Positions 1-8,775 of a stretch of DNA of 64,000 nucleotides are shown here, piece after piece. Under the pieces are notes generated by a model, which worked only from the letters and a program-made list of their open reading frames with translations, was not told the origin of the DNA and searched no databases. The stretch spans positions 1,984,001 through 2,048,000 of the forward strand of contig CM038998.1 of the NCBI GenBank assembly GCA_017499595.2, read 5' to 3'. This DNA comes from Psilocybe cubensis (lineage: Eukaryota). The number at the start of each line of letters is the position of its first letter. Within the stretch, counting starts at the first letter, position 1. The position numbers and the translations under genes were made by a program.

Positions 1-1844
1 AGTATCGGGATGATTATAGATCAAGGGAAGACCAGAGAACTAGGGAGGAACATTTGGTGCGAGAAGAGCGTAGACTGAGGGAAGAAAGAGCAAGAGAACG
101 GGAAGAACGTCGAATCAGGGAAATCAGGGAAGAATACAGATTGAGAGAGGAGCAAAAGATGCGAGATGAACGTCGGGCAAAAGAAGAGCAGAGAATTCGG
201 GAGGAAAGGAGGGCGCGAGAAAAGGAGGAACAGAGAGTAAGGGAATGGGAAGAACAGAAGGCGCGAGAACGAGAGGAACAGAAGGCACGGGAACGGGAAC
301 GGGAAGAGCAGAGGGCGCGAGAACGAGAGGAGAGGAAAGCACGAGAACGGGAAGAGAGGAAAATACGGGAATGGGAGGAACAGAGGGCGCGTGAACGAGA
401 AGAAAAGAGGTTGCGAGATTGGGAGGAGCAGAGGGCTAGAGAAGAGCGGAAGGCACGAGAGCGAGAGGAACAGAAAGCACGAGAACGAGAGGAACAGAAA
501 GCGAGAGAACGAGAGGAACAGAAAGCGAGAGAACGAGAGGAACAGAAAGCGAGAGAACGAGAGGAACAGAAAGCGAGAGAACGAGAGGAACAGAAAGCGA
601 GAGAACGAGAGGAACAAAAGGCACGAGAACGAGAGGAACAGAAAGCAAGGGAACGAGAGGAGCAAAAGGCCAGAGAGCAAGCAGAACAAGAGGCTCGGGA
701 GAGGGAAGCTCACAGGTTGCGAGAACTGGAAGAGCAAAAGGCGCGCAAACTAGAGGAAATGAGGATAAAGGACGAGGAACGCATCAGAGATGAACGACGA
801 CGCAAGGATTACGAGCGCAGGTCCAGAGATGAACAAAGATTGGATGATCACAACCGTACTGCCAAAGAGTACAAACCTCAATCCAAGGATCATGATCTCG
901 TCAGTCGTCGAGAACCAGTCAAGGAGGCCAGTCACTACCAATCTTCTTATCAATGGCCCTCACAGCAACCTCCATCATACCCTGCAGAGTCATCCAACAA
1001 GAGGTCGAATGGCATGGTCGCCTCTCACCATCATGGGGAGCGGTCGCGACACGATGATTTCTCTCACAGACCCAATGATCACCACGGGCGCAACGTCGAC
1101 AAGCGGCCTGTCAGCGATACCTCTTCTTCTTCTGACTACTATGGTACCGTACTAGTCAAATCAGACCCCGTTGATATCCCTTCTCAATTTTCTAACCCCC
1201 CACAACTGCGTTTGGAACGAAATCCATCTCTCACTGCTAGACCTACCTCCCAACTTCCATCTGCCGCCGAAATGAATGCCGTACGAGCCAAGGAGTCCTG
1301 GGAAATGGAACGTCTTTGGAAAGCGCGGAGTATGTACGGTTTTGAGCCAAATGCTCAGATAACGGACTTCATTCCTGGCTCTAGCTCGAGCAGCTCAAGC
1401 AGAAGCGACGACATTCACACACAAAGCGCCGTATATGGCTCTAGTCATACAGCTTATGTCGTTCAGACGCCTTTCCAAGGAAATCTAGGGACTCAGATAT
1501 ATCACTCAATGCCTACCGGTCCACCTCCTGTTATTTATTCTTCACCATCATCTATACCCAGTATCCCGGACAATCTTTCTTCTTACGAACCTTATGATCA
1601 TGTTTATCGATCTTTCACCGCCGCGGCGACGCCCTCTGACTATCGATCACCACCAACTTTACCTCGGCCAACATCGGACTATCGACACTCTACCACGGTA
1701 TCTAGGCCACCATTGAACAATCCTCTCCCCGAACCACCACGAGAATCACAAATCGAGCTGAGCGGTTTGAAGAACGCCAAAGACAATGATAAGCACTCGA
1801 GTGACTATTGGACGAAGTATAATGGAATCACGACCACACATTAG
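1..1844 (+). CDS. Hypothetical protein, 5'-partial: long E/R/K-rich repeat (coiled-coil or single alpha-helix) followed by a Ser/Pro-rich tail
   Basis: The frame of ORF 54..1844 is open back to the window edge, so the start lies outside the window; AREREEQK repeats; stop TAG at 1842-1844. Confidence 0.75.
   Translation, partial: YRDDYRSREDQRTREEHLVREERRLREERAREREERRIREIREEYRLREEQKMRDERRAKEEQRIREERRAREKEEQRVREWEEQKAREREEQKAREREREEQRAREREERKAREREERKIREWEEQRAREREEKRLRDWEEQRAREERKAREREEQKAREREEQKAREREEQKAREREEQKAREREEQKAREREEQKAREREEQKAREREEQKAREREEQKAREQAEQEAREREAHRLRELEEQKARKLEEMRIKDEERIRDERRRKDYERRSRDEQRLDDHNRTAKEYKPQSKDHDLVSRREPVKEASHYQSSYQWPSQQPPSYPAESSNKRSNGMVASHHHGERSRHDDFSHRPNDHHGRNVDKRPVSDTSSSSDYYGTVLVKSDPVDIPSQFSNPPQLRLERNPSLTARPTSQLPSAAEMNAVRAKESWEMERLWKARSMYGFEPNAQITDFIPGSSSSSSSRSDDIHTQSAVYGSSHTAYVVQTPFQGNLGTQIYHSMPTGPPPVIYSSPSSIPSIPDNLSSYEPYDHVYRSFTAAATPSDYRSPPTLPRPTSDYRHSTTVSRPPLNNPLPEPPRESQIELSGLKNAKDNDKHSSDYWTKYNGITTTH
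457..672 (+). repeat. 24-bp coding tandem repeat GAGAACGAGAGGAACAGAAAGCGA, about 9 copies, with degenerate copies upstream
   Basis: Near-perfect copies are directly visible at 481-620 and encode an 8-aa unit (REREEQKA). Confidence 0.9.
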
Positions 1845-2124
1845 CATCCACGCATTGTTTAAATTCTTTCATGGGAATTCCCATTCACTGTTGTTTTAAT
1901 GTTCCCCGACATGTATACCTACCTTTACCTATATATAGCTTAACACTATTCTGTACAGCATGGACTTGACACTTTATTTTATACCTAAACACCATTTTTT
2001 TTGATTTCTGGGGCATTTTATCATAGAACTACTTGGTGATATGTATTGTACATGAAAAACAAGTTGGAAATAAGGAAAATACTACAAGGAAAGGAAGAAA
2101 CCTCACATCCTCTCCGATTATCAT

Positions 2125-2799
2125 TCACTTCACTTCCAACGGTATACCCACGTCTGGATAGTCGTTCCATACTCTGTCCACGTCCAGGAAGCGACGCAAC
2201 CTCGCCACTTGCGATGAAAGATACATCAGCACAAGCTGCATTTTGACCTCTTCCATCCTCTCCGCCCGCAATTGCATAATCTCTTCACAACACTTCAGCG
2301 CCTGCGCCCGAGTAGTGACGAACATATTTCCTGCGAAACCCAATTCTTTCAGATTGTCGACGAGTTCACTGAATTCTGAACACCATCCAAGGACACCAAG
2401 CTGCAATTTTACTGAGCACGATGAAACCCCCAAAAAAACAAGTAGTCATACCTGTCCGTATTGTTTATAGCGTTGGTAAAGAACATTGGGAGCAGCTGAT
2501 AACGCAAAAATAAATCCTTCATTCTGGTCGATTACATGAGGCGAAGGTTGGTACGGCTCTGTCGGATGGTGTTGTTGATGGTGATGCTGTTGCTGTTGTT
2601 GGTGATGCTGTTGAGGCTGACGCTGTTCTGGTTGCGGAAGTGTCTATATGGAGGGTGTGTAAGTGACAGAAGAACATTTTGCGAAGAGACTTACAGAAGG
2701 TCTTTGAGGAGCATCCTGAAACCATTGTACATGAGAGTAATCCATCTCCTCACCAAAATCTACTACATCTCTATTCTTTTTCGGAAGAAGCGACGCCAT
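2125..2799 (-). CDS. Hypothetical protein, 3 exons, with a Gln/His-rich linker; may be the 3' part of the gene at 2846..3531
   Basis: Spliced reading MASLLPKKNRDVVDFGEEMDYSHVQWFQDAPP..., ...FALSAAPNVLYQRYKQYGQ|LGVLGWCSEFSELVDNLKELGFAGNMF...; GTAAGT and GTATGA donors; stop at 2125. Confidence 0.65.
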
Positions 2800-2845
2800 G
2801 ACAGATACACTGAGATAGACGGCAGGACGGTATGGTATCGGGGGT

Positions 2846-3531
2846 TTACGATCTATGCCTCCAAGAAGTCATAAAAGATGGAAGCCGAAGGAAAGTTTTT
2901 ATCCCTGTTTTAGTACGCTTTGAAGAAAGTACGCTGGCTGGGTTGACCTCCGAGACGGGTGTAGTAAAGGATGGGGTATTGCGAATGATCTGTAAAGCCC
3001 CTGGGCCTAAAAATGTTGGTTAGATTTATTTATGTAAACCGGTCGCATAACAGACATACGAGCTTCAGGTGATAACGAAGATATTGAAGCGGGGTTATAG
3101 GACGGTGGAAGAGGAAACGATGAAGCTATGTGAGCTATTTCTGTGAATGTGGGTGAGCCTTCGGAAGAAGTCAGTGTGTGGGAGGTGTATGCTGATATAC
3201 GAGGATGTGGCAGAGAATCTGGAATCACTAGAGGAGCAAGCAAGCCAGGAGTCAAAGCCGCCTTGGTAGGCTCGCTTGGACTTTGATTAGCGTATCGATC
3301 TCGAGCAAGAGTAGTCTGAGCGGGTTGACTGGGTCCGGCGTCCGGAGTGAAAGAGATATCGAGAATGGATGCAAGGGAAAAGCTGGGGTCAAAATCCTCT
3401 ACTGTAATAATATGGAAGTCTTCGGTACTAGACTCTTCTTTGATCGTGCTCTCTGTGGATATGACCCGTTTTCTGTGGAAAACTCGACGGCCGAGATCTG
3501 TGGTAGACGCTTTCCAGGTCAAGTTGCGCAA
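2846..3531 (-). CDS. Ser/Pro-rich hypothetical coding region; 5' end unresolved
   Basis: ORF 3007..3531 plus a GTATGT...TAG intron continuing to TAA at 2846-2848; no in-frame ATG between the upstream stop (3655) and 3531. Confidence 0.4.
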
Positions 3532-3862
3532 AGAGCCCCGAAGGCTATGTGCAAGCTTGGACTGAGACGAGTTGCTGCGAAGAGACGTCGGGAAAAGTGC
3601 AAGTTCCTGAACAGAACTTGTGAGGAGCGAGCAAAGACCAAGTCGAGGTTTTAGTCAAACAAGCGCGAGGCAAAGTCGTGTCCCCGCGGTCTGCCTTGAG
3701 GAACAATATGGAACGATCCACACAGCCTTAATTAGTACTTTCCTCGATAGGCAACTTCATTCAATCTCAATAGAATAGGAACATCAAATAATTCGATTTC
3801 AGTACAAGAAAAAGTTTTGATAGTAATGGTTGCCAAACAGAAGCTGGCAATTTGTCAGTACA

Positions 3863-5633
3863 CTACAAGTCAACAAGATTAGGTTGGGGAGCAGCCTCCG
3901 CCTGTCCATTTGCAACCCGTCTGTTTTGTATATAGCGGACAGCAGGAAGAATAGCTCCACCATACGTGAGCAAAGCACCGGCCTGTATCCTGCGGCCAAT
4001 CATGCTCAGTGGACGTCCAAAAAGAGCAAAACCATAGACCGAAAACCAGAATAAGAGAAGAATAGAGTCGCCAAAACGCGCAAAGGGCGTTGCCTGGTTG
4101 TTGAAAGGGTATTGTATCCCAACAGTTCGGATAAAGGACCCTTGTCCAACTTGAGAAACATCGCTGTACCCTCTACCAGCAACACCGCTTACACCACCTT
4201 CACCTCCATCGCACCACAGCACCATGCTATCCAATTCTTCCGCTCTCTGCTTTGCTTGCATCCACATGGCATACCCGACAGTTCGATCCCAGGTTCTAGC
4301 TGGAGCAAGGATGAGAGCAGGTCTTGAATCCAACTCTGCAAAAGGATGCGGCTGCGCAAAATCAAGACATATTGATGATGTTATAGGGATCGTCCTATTT
4401 CTGATAGCCTTCGGGTTTGGAACCCTGAAGTCAAAGATAGAAGGAGGCAATTTTGAATGCCTCAAGCGAAATGATTCCGCAACTATCTCATGACCAGTGA
4501 GAAATCGGACAAGATAGCAACAAAAACAACGTACAGGGAACGAGATTTCGTTTATAGTATATATGATGGGGTTCGGGTGAATATTGCGAAATGACAGCCA
4601 ACCCTGTTTGGGTTATTGGTGTCCTGTCGGTTGGATCATCCGGGTCGCTGATAGTTTCTTCGAAAGAAACACCAACGTACGATCCACTTATCTTCTCCCG
4701 AATGGTGCTAAATGCATTTTCTCTTTCTTCTATAGAATTGAAGGTAACCGCTCCTTCTGGCCAGAGGATAAGTTTGGCTTGCGACTGGATGTGGCTGCTT
4801 TCGGCGATGTAATCATCGAGGGTCAATACATGGTGGTGGTAGCGATCGTACGGTGGCAACACACATCCAACGGTTAGAGGCGTTGAAATGTCCAATGTTG
4901 AACCTGAAGCAGGTAATGGAAGACCATTGAAGACGTATGATGGAACTGCGAGGGAAAATAGACTGAGTGCAAGGATCCCGGTAGCAGGAATGTTGTCATG
5001 TGTGTGATCTTGTTGAATGGGTCCAAACTCGAATGGGTCCAAAGGGCCTATGTACCAACTGCCAATTATCTGGGCGATTACGACCGCCCAAGCTGCAATT
5101 ATCCAGTCCCTGCCAGCTGGACCAATAAACGGGATAAGCCATCCATAGGCGTCGTTGGTTTGTGCAGCACTCCATGTTGCAAGGTGACCAACAGGGTTGA
5201 GGTGAGAAATTGTGCACCATGTAGTTGCCCAAAGAGCCGGGAATATTGTGACACGAGACCACGGAGAAAGGGAAGGACGTCCTTGATATTTCGTGCCAAA
5301 AAAAAGAGTTGTAAGGGTAATGGCCGATAGGGTGCCTGAAGAGAAGAACAAGGCGGCCAATGAGCCACCAGGGGTGGACAAGGCTTGGATAGAGGCATGT
5401 AACCTTGAAAAGACGCTTCCAATGGAAAGTGCGAACCACGTAAGGATCACGTTGCGTGTTCGAAGTTTGTCTGCTCGAAATAAAAATGGTGAGTACACCA
5501 ATAGAATCGAGTTGATTCCAATGAGGGGAAGAATCGTTGAGTCCGGACGGACGGCCAACGCTGACACTATGAGTGAAAGGGAGATGAAAGCTGTATTGCG
5601 ATGGTCATGGAATACTACTTGGCGGAGGTTCAT
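3863..5633 (-). CDS. Multi-pass membrane protein with a carbon-nitrogen hydrolase (nitrilase-fold) domain; apolipoprotein N-acyltransferase (Lnt)-like
   Basis: One intron 4483..4534 joins ORFs 4488..5633 and 3863..4465. Hydrophobic N-terminal half; motifs LILWPEGA, YYKRNLVPFAESF, SICLDF and TPFARFGD followed by a C-terminal hydrophobic helix. Confidence 0.8.
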
Positions 5634-6017
5634 TGCGAAACGTATGGCACTACGCCTTGGTTGCAGAACTCAAAAGATCAGCTCCTCAGTCAGCTAGGAA
5701 AGTTGACTGTTGACTGGTCTTGAAAGTGCTCGTCAAGGATTAGCGCTCGTCGAGCTGCGGCTTTTAACCTTGTGTGTGTTTGTCTCTGCTTATTGAGTTC
5801 GCACGCATCTGCCTTGCTTGAACGCGCTTCTTTTTCGCATGCCATAGCCGAGATAGTACATGATACATGGACTATATCTAGACTGAGTCTAGGTCTTCCT
5901 CAGATAAGAAAGAAGCGTTGAGGTGGAATACATAATGCGGAATTGCGACTTGCCTGTCGTACCCAACGTTGAAAAGACATTGTTTTGACATTCTTCCTCC
6001 TAAAACTTTATATCGAA

Positions 6018-6139
6018 ATGGTGAGTGGTATACACTCATGAAATTAGCCACTCTGACACGAAACCAGCCAGAGTGTATCCCAAAGGCCGAAGGCTGCGGA
6101 ACGGAGAGTTGCGAGTGTATGAATCCACCAAAAAAGTGA
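6018..6139 (+). CDS. Candidate spliced micropeptide MPECIPKAEGCGTESCECMNPPKK (24 aa, 4 Cys, metallothionein-like CGxxSCxC)
   Basis: ATG 6018 is directly followed by a GTGAGT donor (6021), CTGAC branch (6053) and CAG acceptor (6067); TGA at 6137-6139; a second intron-like element starts GTAACG at 6151. Confidence 0.4.
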
Positions 6140-6362
6140 GGGATTTCAAGGTAACGTCAGTGTCTGCCATTTCTGTGCGGTTACCCTCTCATGGTTCCCA
6201 TCAGTCCTTTACTGCAGTTGAAAGTAGGCAGGATTACGCTCGTGGAATAAAGTCAAATGCAGCGAGAGGCATTAGTCTGTACAATTTAACAACAATCAGT
6301 CATGAAGAGCAAATAAAACAGCTTGTTGAAGGTGCAAATATTGCGTAACATGGAGAAACTAC

Positions 6363-7047
6363 TTATGTTGTGTCGGTAAATGGATCAATGCTGTCGTCCA
6401 TCAAAGAGCCTCCAATTAGCCCGTCGGGACCATCTAGTTGTGAGAGGTCATGCGAGCCCTCTAACTGTAAACCATCTGGACCGAGATTAGATATATCTAA
6501 TTCGAGACCCTCAACACCAGTCTGGTTCCCATTTTCGTCTTCGTCGTCCATGGGTATTTCCAGTGGCTTCAGTGTGGAATCTAGGCCATCGGTAGGATCT
6601 TGAGGTTCATCGTCTACGCCAGATTGCATCATCAACTGAGGTTTAGGTGAAGGGACTTTGGAGGGGGGGTCGTCTTGGTTTGTCTCCATATCCACATCTT
6701 TGGCAGGAACTGCATCAACTCTGGGCTCTTCTTGCTCGAGATCTTCATCTCCTTCATTAACTTCAGGTTCATCAGGTAGGGGTGCTAAAGGCTCGTCTAC
6801 TTCACCCTCGTCGTCGCTAAATTGCTACTGAAATATTGAATCGGGGAAAATATGCGCCAGAATGAAACATACTCACTTGAGCCTTTTCTGTCTTCACCCA
6901 CTTGAACACCTTAAGGGAAGAGGAGCCAGCTGCCATTCCACTAGGGGTTATCCAGACCTTCTCCCAACAAGGTACTGGTTGCATAAGTTGTCGCCGTGCT
7001 GCCTCTGTTGTCGCCGCGCTGACCCCAATCCTTCGTCGAGTAGCCAT
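6363..7047 (-). CDS. Small protein with a BCL7-like N-terminal motif and an acidic disordered tail
   Basis: ATG 7047: MATRRRIG...VPCWEKVWITPSGMAAGSSSLKVFKWVKTE; intron GTGAGT from 6876; acidic exon 2 ends at 6363. Confidence 0.7.
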
Positions 7048-7466
7048 GCTGAGGCTGTGAATATAAATCTGAAATCGAGAGTATTGGTGAAGAATTAGTA
7101 TAGGAATATGAAATGATTTGTTGTCAGGTAGAACAGCAGCTGGGGGAACACTGGCGCTTTTGAATGGTTTCAGTGGGCGTAAGTATGCAAACAACACAGT
7201 TGGCACTAGGCAATGACGCGACTTGCCCTTGAAGTCACGGTCGCGCTTATTTACTCACGCTCCAATTTTGCCATGGTACATTCAAATCTAAGTCTTGACT
7301 ACTTACTGATCTACTTGTATATACGAATTGGTGCAGAGCTGTCGCAGAAATAACAAGCATTCACGCGTAAGGTATCAAATCAACAATACAAGTTTGTGCA
7401 TCGGGCATAAAATAATATTATACAAATTCCTGTGGAAAGAGGAAGGAAAGGATAGGTATGAAGTCA

Positions 7467-8554
7467 TTAAACTTGTTCCGCCCAATTCAATACGTCAACT
7501 TGGGTGATTTGAGGAGACTGAAAAAAGTATTATGACAAGACAATAATGCAATAGTAGCACAAAGACTTACAGGTTGGTTATTTGAAGTCTTCGCCTCTGG
7601 TTGGGAAGGCTTTGCGAAAAGCATTCTCGGTCAGTGATGCTAAATCATTTTTTCATACATGAACTCACAGTGTTTTCGTCGGCCAACATTCTTTGCACAG
7701 TGGAGCGCAGTTGGTTTAATTTTGTGCTCAGGGTGTCGCATTTCCTGCAGGTCAGATTGAATAAACTGTACGTTCATTTAAAGTGCACCCAAAACATACT
7801 CATGAATCTTTCTAGTTTCCTCCCTTCTGAGGTCCAGTTGACGTTTCATCATCATCTCAAGATTGCCGCGAGCCTGGATTCTAGCATTAATCCCTGAGCA
7901 ATTGGTGTAAGGTGTCACTACAGCACCTGGACAGGTCGTAGGTCGTTGGCAGCAGCCATCAGGTTTTGACTTAGCACGTTTATCCATTCGACGTGTCGTT
8001 GCCAATCCGGAGGCACCTCTGGCGATAGGGGAGGGGGGGACAAAAGGGCACCCATCAAAGATGAATATGTAACCAACAATGACCTCAGTATAGAACGTAG
8101 AGCAGGACGACGGTCTAATTTTGAGTACGATGTCAAGCTGTACGACGGATTGAACTGTGTTGCGAACCTATGGTAGGGTCAGCAGGGTAGAGCTGGTTTC
8201 CTCCTAGTTCTCCCAACGAAGGAATCTTTTCCTTCACCTAGACTTGGAGTGAGACGTCGTCCTCGTCCTCGGCATTATCACATATTGGCGCACAAACCAC
8301 CTATCACCGAAGACATCATAGTATGCATCCGGCTCTTCAAGTATCCAGTCTACACGGGGTTTCTCGAGTTGTATAAGAGGCCAGTCGGGCACGTCAGTCT
8401 GGTCTTTCAGAATCTCGTGTTGATTGGCATCCTGGTCTTCAGGAGCCCTTTCCTTGAGTAAGGCAAGAAGGTTAAGATTGTGTGTCGTGTACTTTGTATA
8501 ATGAGAAGGAGGTGAAGGAAAGGGATTTCTGAGCTCAGCGTTGTCTTCGTCCAT
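7467..8554 (-). CDS. MED7: Mediator complex subunit 7
   Basis: NPFPSPPSHYTKYT, YYDVFG, and NLMAAANDLRPVQ|ARGNLEMMMKRQL match the MED7 pattern (N..RP.QAR..L..MM..Q); multi-exon. Confidence 0.9.
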
Positions 8555-8775
8555 GTGAGAGAGAACTGGGCCGACGGACTGATGAATGGGTCAGACGGGC
8601 CGCAGATGCATATGTTTCCACTTCCCAAAGGAGGAAGTAACCCCTTGCTCTGGTACCAATGCAATTGCCTTGACCCCGAGCGTCATTGAACGGATCTTCA
8701 CACTGTACTGCAGCCTTGTTATCTTAACCCAAAGAGGAATGTGTGTAAACTGTCTGGTTGTCTCTTTTTCCCTTC

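Noticed and set aside
457..672. Regular short repeats suggesting a CRISPR array or Kex2-processed repeat peptide precursor
   Set aside because: Head-to-tail units without spacers, in frame in a eukaryotic CDS; no KR cleavage sites in the unit.
21..737. 238-aa hydrophobic F/L/S-rich ORF on the - strand
   Set aside because: Antisense shadow of the purine-rich coding repeat; stop-free because of repeat composition.
5878..5892. Short inverted repeat CTAGACT-G-AGTCTAG
   Set aside because: Too short to distinguish from chance; no transposon ends or target-site duplication nearby.
6025..6348. 107-aa ORF from the track
   Set aside because: Begins at a GTG inside an apparent intron and runs through splice signals; the spliced micro-ORF explains the region better.
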